IMG/VR virus record: IMGVR_UViG_3300025597_000009
Span: 36,587-100,586 of that record
DNA length: 64,000 nt
Reading direction: 5' to 3' (one strand)
Source of the DNA: a virus
Lineage: Duplodnaviria; Caudoviricetes
Made by a program: the position numbers and the translations under genes. Below, piece after piece: positions 26,850-36,376 of the stretch. Below the pieces are notes generated by a model. It was not told the DNA's origin, ran no database searches, and saw nothing but the letters and a program-made list of their open reading frames with translations. Every line of letters starts with the position of its first letter. Position 1 is the stretch's first letter.

Positions 26850-26918
26850 AGATTTTGTGCATAAATATTCCCCAATACCTATGCACATGTCCTTTTAGTT
26901 AACGTCCATTATAATGGG

Positions 26919-26992
26919 TAGTGGGTGAGAGGCTCGAACTCCCAACTTCCTGCTTAGAAGGCAGGATTTCTATCCAATTGAATTAACCCACC
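26919..26992 (-). tRNA. tRNA-Arg(TCT)
   Basis: Cloverleaf; CCTGC CTTCTAA GCAGG. Confidence 0.92.
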
Positions 26993-27052
26993 AGAAAAAA
27001 AACTCTTATAATTCAAGGTGTATATAAGAGTCTTGTTCACCGTAACTTGAGT

Positions 27053-27137
27053 TTAATCAGGCAATCTACCTGCTAAGTCAAATCCCTATTTTGATGCCTA
27101 TGCAGGCTAGAAGTAAGCTAGGTATTGGCCTGATTAA
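27053..27137 (-). ncRNA. Y-RNA-like hairpin
   Basis: TTAATCAGGC-C-AA-TACCTAGCT-TACTTCT...AGCAGGTA-GA-TT-GCCTGATTAA. Confidence 0.82.
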
Positions 27138-27268
27138 TTCATTGAATAACAACTAATTGGGAGTAATTAGCTGTTTAACTATACTATCGTATCACACGCT
27201 CACCATGCAATACAAAGATAACCTAGTCTGGTTAGGGTTGATGCTCCTAATAACAAGAGTTGGTTAGT

Positions 27269-27466
27269 CTATTTTTCACCAAACCAGCTAACAATAACTG
27301 TACCTACTAATAGTATAAACATCCAGGCTGCCATACCTTCTCTAAATTCAGTTGGCCATTGAGCTAATGTAAATGAACCCACATGAACGCATCCAATCAA
27401 TAGGAGGCAAAGCATTACTAGGATGCCAGCAATAAGGTGTCTTAGCTTGAATATCAAGGTTTTCAT
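27269..27466 (-). CDS. Small membrane protein
   Basis: Two hydrophobic helices. Confidence 0.6.
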   Translation of the reverse strand: MKTLIFKLRHLIAGILVMLCLLLIGCVHVGSFTLAQWPTEFREGMAAWMFILLVGTVIVSWFGEK

Positions 27467-27843
27467 TCTACTTCTACAATTTTATAGTTTGTAAACCAAG
27501 CCTTATATGGCTTATCTTCAGCTAATCTGTCCCAACCCTCTACATAGGGCTTTTTAGGTTCTGCACACAGCTTATCCCATAAAGTTTTATGGGCCACCCC
27601 ATGAGGTTCAAATGGCTGGGCTTCTGGTGGAAGATCCTCTACAAATTGAAAGGGATGAAATAGATCAGTAAATGTGTGTCTCCATTGACTTCCTTCAACT
27701 AGTAGCAAACCATCATCAAAGGTGAGTGTAACATTCTCAATGAGCCCTATATGAAAACTCCATTCAATCTCTGTATTTGAGACTGTTATGGTGTTACCTA
27801 CTACAGTAGCCCACTTATAGTGCTTAGCTATCTTTGTTGCCAT
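27463..27843 (-). CDS. Hypothetical protein
   Basis: 126 aa ORF. Confidence 0.6.
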   Translation of the reverse strand: MATKIAKHYKWATVVGNTITVSNTEIEWSFHIGLIENVTLTFDDGLLLVEGSQWRHTFTDLFHPFQFVEDLPPEAQPFEPHGVAHKTLWDKLCAEPKKPYVEGWDRLAEDKPYKAWFTNYKIVEVE

Positions 27844-28066
27844 ACAATAGGTAGAGAATTAAAACACCTAACAAGACAGCTACAAATAAGGAGCTTAGGC
27901 TGAGTAAAGCAGGAAGAGTTTTCAAAGAGACTCCAATAGTAAAACTAGCTAGGATAAAGACGCATCCAATACCAAACAGAGTTACAGCTATCCATTCAAC
28001 GAACGCCTGTTTAAATTCCACTACTGATGGATGCGTCCTATATGACAACAGCTTTTTTAAGCTCAT
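27824..28066 (-). CDS. Small membrane protein
   Basis: Two hydrophobic helices. Confidence 0.6.
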   Translation of the reverse strand: MSLKKLLSYRTHPSVVEFKQAFVEWIAVTLFGIGCVFILASFTIGVSLKTLPALLSLSSLFVAVLLGVLILYLLYGNKDS

Positions 28067-28339
28067 TAGCCAATAGAGATTAAAATTTGATTAAAATTTA
28101 CTTAATTGGGAACTAAGACAACCAAATCAGGAATCAATTAGGAACTTTTTGTGTTTACTCTGAAAGAGTATACTTCTCCTGTATTAGAAAACTGTATAAA
28201 CTAGGTTGTACTTGGTTAGCTTGTAGGTAGTTAGGTTTTGTCCATACTCTGTCCAATAGAAATAGTAATTAAAATATCAGATTCTCAATCAGGAATCAGC
28301 TATCCTACCTAATCCACTTTTTTCTACCTATTCGTGTTT

Positions 28340-29014
28340 TTAATAAGCTGTTTCTAGCCTATCCTTAAATTCTTCTGGAGATAGCATTGTAGGCATTAAA
28401 GCCAACTCTGCCTTGTAGGTTCTGTCAGCCCAGGCAGCATCAAAAGCTTTCTGACCAAACTCTTTAGCTTCCTGAATACCAGGAGCATATACAAATGTTG
28501 TTACCATCTTGGTAGTGGTCAGAAAAGGCTTCCATACTGTTGTACAGATGTATTTTGTTGTTTTAAGACTATGCTCTGTACATTTTCTGGCCATTACCTG
28601 ATCACCAAATAGCTCTACTTTAAATAAGTAAGCTGTTTTGTTGTAGGTGTATGTTTCAACTTGAATTGGTGTATTAAACCATGTAATAAGGTCATAATAC
28701 TTCTCAATTGAGCCATTACTAGCCACTGGCGGAACACCTTCTGCTGTACTTAGTGTGATATGAGGATACAAAATTAATCCTTCATAATCCTCATGACCAA
28801 CTAACAATACATCTACCTTATCAGTGGTTAACCTTCCCACTGCATACAAGTAGTGAGGAATAAATGGCAGTATTGAATGCTCTGGCCCAAACGCAATAGT
28901 ACAATGAGAATAATACTCATTACTATGCACTACAGGAAACAACGCCTTTAATTTAGCTGTTTCTGCATCAGTCAATTTATAGCAGCTATATACTGCCTTC
29001 TCTAAAGGAAACAT
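28340..29014 (-). CDS. 2H phosphoesterase (tRNA-ligase CPDase-like) domain protein
   Basis: Two HxT motifs HCTI and PHITL followed by G..PV.SN. Confidence 0.7.
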   Translation of the reverse strand: MFPLEKAVYSCYKLTDAETAKLKALFPVVHSNEYYSHCTIAFGPEHSILPFIPHYLYAVGRLTTDKVDVLLVGHEDYEGLILYPHITLSTAEGVPPVASNGSIEKYYDLITWFNTPIQVETYTYNKTAYLFKVELFGDQVMARKCTEHSLKTTKYICTTVWKPFLTTTKMVTTFVYAPGIQEAKEFGQKAFDAAWADRTYKAELALMPTMLSPEEFKDRLETAY

Positions 29015-29016
29015 GG

Positions 29017-29253
29017 TTAGAAGTGTTTAGAGTATCTGAATATTACTTGAGCCAGCTGTTTGGCATGAGGCCTGTTCCTGGCAAATACTATAAGCTCTTT
29101 CTTGTGTTTGTATAGAATAGCTCTAAAGGGGTCCTCAAATCTCTTATTGGTAAAGACTTTTAGGATTTCCCCTGCATTGCTAATCTCAACTACATAGAGC
29201 TTCTCACCCTCCTTGTTTTGGATACAAGTGAGGGCTTGAATAGCAGCTTTCAT
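29017..29253 (-). CDS. Hypothetical protein
   Basis: 78 aa ORF. Confidence 0.55.
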   Translation of the reverse strand: MKAAIQALTCIQNKEGEKLYVVEISNAGEILKVFTNKRFEDPFRAILYKHKKELIVFARNRPHAKQLAQVIFRYSKHF

Positions 29254-29281
29254 TAACTAACGGACATTAATATACGTAGTC

Positions 29282-29563
29282 TTATTCCTCTTCTCCTTCA
29301 ATGTAAAGAGTTTTGACTACTACCACTCTTTTGTACTGCTCCTCGCCTAGAGCTGGCACCATGATAGTGTCACCTTCAGCTAGGTATTCTGCTGTTCTTA
29401 GTGGTACAATTTCCACTGTGTTGTCAGCATTCATTACTTTGACATTGTTATGGGCTGGTCTGCTTTCTTCAGCAGCAGTCATACTAGCCAGTCCTACAAT
29501 AGCAATAATAACCAGTACTACTATCCCTATAAAGAGTAGTATATCTTTTTGTGATTTAGACAT
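29282..29563 (-). CDS. Membrane-anchored hypothetical protein
   Basis: N-terminal TM helix. Confidence 0.6.
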   Translation of the reverse strand: MSKSQKDILLFIGIVVLVIIAIVGLASMTAAEESRPAHNNVKVMNADNTVEIVPLRTAEYLAEGDTIMVPALGEEQYKRVVVVKTLYIEGEEE

Positions 29564-29639
29564 GATTTTGTGAGTCTTAAAAAGTGAATAAAAAGGGGAT
29601 ACAGGTAAGTTTCCCCCTTTTAAGTAAAGATTACGTATA

Positions 29640-30068
29640 CTAGATAGCGTTAGACATACTAGCTTGATAGTATATTCTTAATATACCATTCACAATTTCC
29701 ATTTTTGAAATGGGCAAGGTTAATACAGATGTAGGAGCTTCTTTAATTTGCACCTGTTGTTCTGTAGTTTGTACACTTGTTTCTACTTCAGCTACTATAT
29801 TTACTTTTTTTTTTAATAGACTATTAAATAGCCTACTGTTATGTTTATAAGTTTGAGTTGCTCGCTCTTGGCATGCTTTTTCAGATCTTTCTAGTAATGA
29901 GGCCGCTTTACTGAAAAATTCTTTTCTATCTCTAATGCAAAAGTTAAATTTTTCATGTGTCTCATTATTAGGGTTAATAATACCCATAAGCACTTGATCT
30001 TCCACTATATCCCAATAGTAAGATCGTCTAGTAGATTTCATAATCTGTTTGTTTTTAGGGTTATTCAA
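29640..30068 (-). CDS. Hypothetical protein (Myb/SANT-like N-terminus?)
   Basis: W..VEDQ.L...A..LERS..AC.ER pattern. Confidence 0.5.
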   Translation of the reverse strand: MNNPKNKQIMKSTRRSYYWDIVEDQVLMGIINPNNETHEKFNFCIRDRKEFFSKAASLLERSEKACQERATQTYKHNSRLFNSLLKKKVNIVAEVETSVQTTEQQVQIKEAPTSVLTLPISKMEIVNGILRIYYQASMSNAI

Positions 30069-30105
30069 AAATTAGTAAGCAAAGAAAAAGGGGTTTTAGG
30101 CCCCA

Positions 30106-30522
30106 TCATTGTACTGTTGTTGAGATGATTCTGAAGCCAATGAACTCATCTGGTTCATTTTCCCAGATACACATCTTTTGGCCACACTCATTTCTGTTCA
30201 ACCAGGTATATTCTTCTCTATCCTTGGTTAATTCATTAACTGCTTCTGTTGCTTTAAGTATGCTAGGAAAAACACCAGGTACTAGAATAGGATCAACTTT
30301 GACTGGAGTATATTCTTCAATTTGATACACTTCTGATCCTTCTATTCCCAAATGCTTGTCGACAGTTGCTAGAACAAGCTCTAACTGTTTCTCATAGGCA
30401 GCTGGGTCTGCTTGAGCCATACCAGCAAGAGATTTGATTAAGAGTAGTACAACCCCTTTTATGTCCTTTGACATGTACTCAATTACAGCTGGACCTTTAG
30501 TTTTCTGCTTCATCTGCTTCAA
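30106..30522 (-). CDS. Hypothetical protein
   Basis: 138 aa ORF. Confidence 0.6.
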   Translation of the reverse strand: MKQMKQKTKGPAVIEYMSKDIKGVVLLLIKSLAGMAQADPAAYEKQLELVLATVDKHLGIEGSEVYQIEEYTPVKVDPILVPGVFPSILKATEAVNELTKDREEYTWLNRNECGQKMCIWENEPDEFIGFRIISTTVQ

Positions 30523-30525
30523 GTA

Positions 30526-30735
30526 TTACCAGATATAGCCTAAGGTCTTCATTGTCATCACTAGTGTTGGAGTAATAGTTAGGCCAGCTTCAATAATTGA
30601 GCTGTGTTTAACTTTAAGATCTCCACTAGTTGTGTAGCAGATTGAGCAATCATTAGCATTAATAACTGATTGCTTTCGGAACATGGTGTTTCTCAACAGC
30701 TTGGCTGGGCCAGCTTTTTTGTGAATGAATCTCAT
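30526..30735 (-). CDS. Hypothetical protein
   Basis: 69 aa ORF. Confidence 0.55.
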   Translation of the reverse strand: MRFIHKKAGPAKLLRNTMFRKQSVINANDCSICYTTSGDLKVKHSSIIEAGLTITPTLVMTMKTLGYIW

Positions 30736-30737
30736 AA

Positions 30738-30995
30738 TTAGTCTCCCATATCTACACAGTAATACATTCTGTGCTCGTGATTAGCCATGATGGTTGTGCT
30801 GCCATTGCGAGTTTTGTAGACCCTTGTAAAAGGTAGTTCTGGCACTTCAATACCATTGTTTACCCAGCCAAGGAACTCATAGCCATCCTTGTTTAGGGCT
30901 TCTTTAACCTCAGATGAGTGGTAAATTTCAGGGTCAATAGGTTGACCTGACAGGATCACATCAATAGTGATCTCAGCAAAGTAATTTGTGAGCAT
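30738..30995 (-). CDS. Hypothetical protein
   Basis: 85 aa ORF. Confidence 0.6.
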   Translation of the reverse strand: MLTNYFAEITIDVILSGQPIDPEIYHSSEVKEALNKDGYEFLGWVNNGIEVPELPFTRVYKTRNGSTTIMANHEHRMYYCVDMGD

Positions 30996-31379
30996 TGTTA
31001 GAAAAGTTAAAAAGTGAATTAATAGGCAAAGTTTTATTGCAGAACAATTGCTATCAGGAGTTTAGCAGGATCACCTCATCTACATGCCTGTAGTATATAT
31101 GTCTCCAATGCCCACTATTTCTAGTGATTCTAGTTCATGCAATAAAAGCTTTGCTTTACTACCCCTCTGTACTCAGTTGTTGTATCTGGTCTAAGTTACC
31201 TAGTAGCATTAAGCTGGAGAATTGTAACTCCACTAGAACTCTTGTAATCAGCTCCTACAACAACTGCCAGTCCTTGGGAAACTGGAATGGTACATTACTA
31301 GTGCTAAGTGAGATAAAGAACTGCATCAACATCTAGGTCAATGCAGTTACTTATAATACTTGGAATAAATGATCGTATA

Positions 31380-31682
31380 TTATTTTAATTTCCACGAGAT
31401 ATTACTAATGGGTAAACCTTTAATATTACCTTGTAGTCTTAATACAATGTTATCTTCAGCATATTCTATAATACGTGTGTCAGTATGAGTTATCATTTTA
31501 ACAAACACTTTTATCTTCAGGCGGTCTTCCAATGATAATTCTGTGTACTCTCCCAACAAACGGTGAATATCTTCTACCATTTGTTGATACATATTACCAC
31601 TTTTATACTTTTGTTTGCACTCTTCTTCATAAAGGTGTTTAAATTCTTCAATACTCATTGTTATGTATTTAAAGTGAAACAA
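31380..31682 (-). CDS. Hypothetical protein
   Basis: 100 aa ORF; start may be MSIEEF. Confidence 0.55.
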   Translation of the reverse strand: MFHFKYITMSIEEFKHLYEEECKQKYKSGNMYQQMVEDIHRLLGEYTELSLEDRLKIKVFVKMITHTDTRIIEYAEDNIVLRLQGNIKGLPISNISWKLK

Positions 31683-31718
31683 TAACCTTTTAACCTACAT
31701 GATTTTCTCAATGTAGAA

Positions 31719-31815
31719 CTTATATTAGAGAATCGAACTCTAAGTTAACTATTGCTAGTATCACCTGATCTTCCTTCACATTTGAGTGTGAACTTCTAAC
31801 AACCAGATATATAAG
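31719..31815 (-). ncRNA. Degenerate tRNA-like element (Leu-CAA-like, 6-nt anticodon loop)
   Basis: CTTATAT/ATATAAG stem, TTCACA CTCAAA TGTGAA arm, TAGAG TTCGATT CTCTA T arm. Confidence 0.45.
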
Positions 31816-31950
31816 AGGTTTCAACTTTTATTTAAAGTGGTTTAAGTCATCATCAGATTGTTTTCCACTGCATTGAATTACCTATGCTATTTTATTTTCC
31901 CAACCAATGGATGTGTACTAAAGAAAGCCTAATACACATCCACTAGTAGC

Positions 31951-32313
31951 TTAAGCCATTACATCAAAATACCAAGGCTTAAAGTTTGTATAAAGCTCAA
32001 TAACCCTATTATTAAAAGCTGCTTGCTCTTCAGAATCCCAAGCCCATTTACCAGGATGCCAATCAAACTCTATAATAGCTTGTTTCTTAGCATTAGTATC
32101 AGCTATTTGAGAACAGAACTCTAGATATTGTTCTAGAGTACCCTTAAGAGCAAAGATCTCAAAAGAATTAGGATGGATTGTTGGATGGACAAACACACCT
32201 TCTAATGCAATTACTTCATCTAGAGTCATTGTAGTAGCATCAAAGGCAACTGCATGCATTCCACAGCTACTGGCACTTATACCAAAGTCTTTGTATTTAA
32301 TCAGTGTCTCCAT
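31951..32313 (-). CDS. Hypothetical protein (likely start METLIK)
   Basis: Upstream extension overlaps the next small ORF. Confidence 0.6.
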   Translation of the reverse strand: METLIKYKDFGISASSCGMHAVAFDATTMTLDEVIALEGVFVHPTIHPNSFEIFALKGTLEQYLEFCSQIADTNAKKQAIIEFDWHPGKWAWDSEEQAAFNNRVIELYTNFKPWYFDVMA

Positions 32314-32317
32314 TGAA

Positions 32318-32458
32318 TTACGGTTGTTTAAACATTGGTTGTAAATACCAGCACCCATCTACAACTAGATTGCCACAAGGAGTATAGCCTTGTTTAACAA
32401 GCTTATTTACTTCGTCTGTAAGTTCTACAACCCTTTCAGCTCTAGCTACTGTGTACAT
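32318..32458 (-). CDS. Small DUF1737-like protein (46 aa)
   Basis: Manual translation MYTVAR...VNKLVKQGYTPCG...YLQPM. Confidence 0.5.
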   Translation of the reverse strand: MYTVARAERVVELTDEVNKLVKQGYTPCGNLVVDGCWYLQPMFKQP

Positions 32459-32887
32459 ATCAATGGTTTTTAAAAGTGAATTGGTTTGCTTTGAGCATCT
32501 CTAAGGACCTAAACCTATCAATTGATAGACCCAACAGCATGATCTGTTGTGCAGCAAATGGCTATAACTATATGTATTACAGTTGTTTTTGGAGTAGATT
32601 GAATTGAGTTGAAATAGCATTGAGTTATATAGTCGCTGATCCTCAAGCACTTACATAATTTAATCTTATATTATTCAATCCAAATAATATTCTGTATTTC
32701 CAAGGTTAATCAAAATCTCATTTAACAAAGTCAAACAAAATCCCAGCATTATACTTAAGTCTTAATTGCATCATTCTGTATTCTTGATTAAATGCAGAAT
32801 ATTATTTGGATTAGTATCGGAAGCTGAGCTGCCACTAAGTTGTTATCAAAGTAGCAGCCCAGCAAAACCCCCGAAGGGTAAGAGAGA

Positions 32888-33208
32888 CTAAGCAGCCTCT
32901 CTCATCTTCCTTCTGAGTTTCACAGCTTCCTTAGGTAGGAGTTGTTTGTAGAACTGGCCAGGATTTGTCTTGCTCTCTATATCCACTATGACCTGCTGAG
33001 CAAGCCAAACTTCCAAGCCTTCCAGCTCTACATCCTCATCAGATTCTAAAGCTTCCTGAGGCATTGTGAATGGTAAGTCATCCAGGTTGATTGTTAATGT
33101 CTCTCTATTGAACTTGACCTTAACTGAGTTGTATTCCTTGTTAAAGCTCATGCCCTTTAGAATAGCACGAGATATCTTGTCTTCTAGAGTTACTGTGAAT
33201 TTTTTCAT
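32888..33208 (-). CDS. Hypothetical protein, first gene of the leftward arm
   Basis: 106 aa ORF. Confidence 0.7.
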   Translation of the reverse strand: MKKFTVTLEDKISRAILKGMSFNKEYNSVKVKFNRETLTINLDDLPFTMPQEALESDEDVELEGLEVWLAQQVIVDIESKTNPGQFYKQLLPKEAVKLRRKMREAA

Positions 33209-33737
33209 GTCTGTATGTAGTTATAAGTTCAAACCTAGGGGGTTACCCCAGACCTCTGGTCGCAGGGAGGGCAGGTTTACTGGGAGTATCTTCTACTCAC
33301 AGCCATATAAACCAATTCCCAAACAGAAGTGTAATACAGCTACATAGTCTTATAAATCAGATGGTAATGAAACCAACTTATAAGCAAGAAATAAAAAGAA
33401 AAACGTAAGGTTTTTATAAGTCCATGAAACAAAGAAAGTTAGGGTATGCCTTTTGCAAATAAATACAGATTAGTACTTACAGTGCAAAATAGACATAATG
33501 AGAAGAGTAAAATAGCAACCAGAATACTCTTTTTTATATCAGATAGATACTTCATGATTCTAGAAGTAATTTCTGATTACAAACATAATATAGCCATTCC
33601 AATAAAAATATCTGCAATAACAAGAATCGTTTATGGAAAAGTGTGTAAATTTGTAACCATAAGTACTTATAAAAATAAGATCTAAATAAGTATCTTCTTA
33701 ATACTAGTAAGTCTACAGACTTGTAGACTAATAATAA

Positions 33738-35567
33738 ATGCAGCATGTTACCTTTGAAGAGGTAGCACATAAATACTATAATTTACAAGGGGAAGAGTAT
33801 ATATCAGCTACTTCCTTAGTGTCCCTCTTCAAACAACCGTTTTACCAGGAATACTGGAGTTTATATAAAGCATTACAACGATTTGTAGAAAAGAATCAGA
33901 GTATTTCAGCTTGGCACAAGTTTAAAAAGGAACATAAAGTTCTAGCAATCAAAGAAGAAGTTTACCTCTGGAAGATCATAGATAACCATCTGCCTACCTA
34001 TAGATGGCATATCCAGTTCATTCAGAATCAAATCCTGGAAGAGTGGAATATAGAGAAGAATATAGCCTGTAGTAAAGGCACTATCTTCCACTTGGATAGA
34101 GAAAAGGAGGCTTATGAAAAAGGAGAACAGCGGTATGGTGATACAGATATCATCCAGAAAACAGCTACCTCCTATTCACTAAGCCTAGACAACCTTGTGG
34201 ATGGATATCATCCTGAACTCTTGTTATACAACCATAAATACAAAATAGCTGGTCAGGCTGACAGAGTTTGGATAACCACAGAGAATTCTGTTAGATATGT
34301 AGATTTAGACGATTGGAAAGGGTTTTCATTAGATACTCCAATTCCTACAAAAAATGGATATAAACTAATGAAAGACATTATGATAGGTGATCTCATTTTT
34401 GATGGTAATGGTGAGTTAACTAAAGTAGCTCATGTGTCTCAAATACATTATAATCCGTGCTATAAGATTACATTTGATACAAATGAACAATTGATTTGTG
34501 ATCATGAGCATAAATGGGAAATAGTAAAAAAGCACAAAGGCTCTAAAAAAGCAATTGAAGTTGAGTTAACAACTGAAGAGCTTTATAATGAGCATACTAA
34601 GAAAGATTCGATTCTTAGTATACCTTGTATAGCACTTACTTTAACTCAAACTAATCTACCTATTGACCCTTATGTATTAGGTGTTTGGTTAGCCGATGGT
34701 AACCGGACTGTTAATACTATTACTAACACGACTAGGGGTGTGTGGGAAGAAATTAAAAAGAGAGGATATAAAATAAGTGAAAACTTAAACAGGATAACAG
34801 GTAGAGCCGAAAGCAGAACTATTTATGGAATAAGAAAGCATCTGGTGTCTTTAAATTTACTAAGTAACAAGCATATACCTGAAAGCTATCTCAGAGCTTC
34901 TCATGAGCAACGATTAGATTTGTTAAGAGGTCTTATGGATGGTGACGGGTATTTACACAGAAAAAGAAAAAGATGCTCATTACAGACAACCAAAAAATGG
35001 CAAGCAGATTCTCTATTTCAACTAGTTACTTCTTTAGGGTTTAAGGCTACTATTTTTATAAGTCATTCAGGTACAGGCTTTGGTAAAACCAATATCACAG
35101 TCTATGATGTTTGTTTTACTCCAACAGAAAATCCTTTTCTTTCTAGAAATCAGGATTACTTTGATGTAATTAAACAACCTGGTAAATACTCAAAAGCTAG
35201 GTACATTAAAAGTATTGAGGTAGTTGCTACGGTACCAACTAAGTGTATTGGGGTTGAAAGTAATACGCATACTTACTTGGCTGGTTATGGTGGAATCAAA
35301 ACACACAATACCAATAAGAAGATCAAAACTGACAATAGCTATGATAACATGAAGTACCCGGTAGAACATCTACCTGATTGCAATTACAACCATTACAGAT
35401 TACAGCTTTCCCTTTATGCCTGGATGCTAGAACAACAGGGCTATGTAGTTCGTAATCTGCAATTTACCCACTGTATCGATTTACAGACCAGAGTGCCTTA
35501 CAAGTTTACATATTTAAAAGAAGAAGTAGAAGCGTTAATCTATCACTACACATGGGAGCAGTTTTAG
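33738..35567 (+). CDS. PD-(D/E)xK (Cas4-like) exonuclease with intein
   Basis: GTIFH, E...AGQAD...DWK|TNK, YRLQLSLYA. Confidence 0.88.
   Translation: MQHVTFEEVAHKYYNLQGEEYISATSLVSLFKQPFYQEYWSLYKALQRFVEKNQSISAWHKFKKEHKVLAIKEEVYLWKIIDNHLPTYRWHIQFIQNQILEEWNIEKNIACSKGTIFHLDREKEAYEKGEQRYGDTDIIQKTATSYSLSLDNLVDGYHPELLLYNHKYKIAGQADRVWITTENSVRYVDLDDWKGFSLDTPIPTKNGYKLMKDIMIGDLIFDGNGELTKVAHVSQIHYNPCYKITFDTNEQLICDHEHKWEIVKKHKGSKKAIEVELTTEELYNEHTKKDSILSIPCIALTLTQTNLPIDPYVLGVWLADGNRTVNTITNTTRGVWEEIKKRGYKISENLNRITGRAESRTIYGIRKHLVSLNLLSNKHIPESYLRASHEQRLDLLRGLMDGDGYLHRKRKRCSLQTTKKWQADSLFQLVTSLGFKATIFISHSGTGFGKTNITVYDVCFTPTENPFLSRNQDYFDVIKQPGKYSKARYIKSIEVVATVPTKCIGVESNTHTYLAGYGGIKTHNTNKKIKTDNSYDNMKYPVEHLPDCNYNHYRLQLSLYAWMLEQQGYVVRNLQFTHCIDLQTRVPYKFTYLKEEVEALIYHYTWEQF
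34320..35309 (+). mobile_element. Intein with LAGLIDADG domain (class-3-like, Gly1)
   Basis: GFSLDT...DHEHKW...LGVWLADG...GLMDGDG...KCIGV...THN|T. Confidence 0.88.
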
Positions 35568-35938
35568 TAACCAAGACCTTCAATAATCCAGTACAAGCAG
35601 CTAAGAAAGCTGTAGAGGTTTATGTGATCCTGAACAACATTAAATACAGTCAGCGATTACTTTTCCTGATGGCTTATTATTGTCTTTATGGTGTCAGTAG
35701 AAAAGCTGAAGAACTGTTTAAAGATGAATTCTTAGTCAAAACCTCAGAGAACATGACCAAGCAGATTATCAATAACTTACGCCATGCCCTGTATAAGAAA
35801 GGCTTGATTATCAGATCAATCTATACAACTACTGAATATACAGTGAATCCCCACTTGAGAGATCAGTTAACTGACTTGGATAAGTTTACCTATGTGATTA
35901 AGTTTTCTGTCAATGAAGAGACCAGAGCAAGTATATAA
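35552..35938 (+). CDS. Hypothetical protein (wHTH-like)
   Basis: 128 aa; L.KKGLI...Y.VNP. Confidence 0.65.
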   Translation: MGAVLVTKTFNNPVQAAKKAVEVYVILNNIKYSQRLLFLMAYYCLYGVSRKAEELFKDEFLVKTSENMTKQIINNLRHALYKKGLIIRSIYTTTEYTVNPHLRDQLTDLDKFTYVIKFSVNEETRASI

Positions 35939-36284
35939 GGAAGTGGCCACTGAACTCAACCTACCAATGGATGTGGTTAAAGAGGTCAGTGAAACTTTTT
36001 GGAGATATGGTAGGGAACAGTTGAATAACCCCCAGCAACAGGGGGTTTACTTTCCCTACCTTGGGGAGTTCTATACCAATCCAGCTATTCTATTTACCCG
36101 GCTAACCCATTACATCTATAAGCTACGCTTAGCCAAGCATACCAATACATTTGGCCCTAAAACAGACATTGTGATCAAAGAATGCACAGTAAATATTAGA
36201 AAGATGTGGAAAGTTAAAAATGAGATGGGTTGGCGATTTACAGGCAAAAAGCCACACACTAAAATAAAAAAGGTAAACCAGTAA
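35913..36284 (+). CDS. IHF/HU-like protein
   Basis: VA.EL.L...V......F...R...V.FP.LG.F pattern; typical position in crAss-like genomes. Confidence 0.6.
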   Translation: MKRPEQVYKEVATELNLPMDVVKEVSETFWRYGREQLNNPQQQGVYFPYLGEFYTNPAILFTRLTHYIYKLRLAKHTNTFGPKTDIVIKECTVNIRKMWKVKNEMGWRFTGKKPHTKIKKVNQ

Positions 36285-36376
36285 ATAAATGCAATATAAA
36301 TCTTTGATTACTTATTTATTGAATTGTACTTTTACATATAAAATAATCAAAGAGTGATTGTTCTAATACTTGAACA

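Noticed and set aside
26180-27137. CRISPR array interpretation of the recurring TAGAAGTAA...TTGRCC
   Set aside because: Conserved part is short, spacing is irregular, copies are interleaved with tRNAs, and variable parts pair internally.
31719-31815. Opal suppressor or Sec tRNA (TCA in loop)
   Set aside because: Loop is 6 nt and TCA is not positioned 3' of a U33; D arm is degenerate.
33446-33770. ORFs 33446..33685 (+) and 33552..33770 (-)
   Set aside because: AT-rich, mutually overlapping, in the divergence region, with no supporting motifs.
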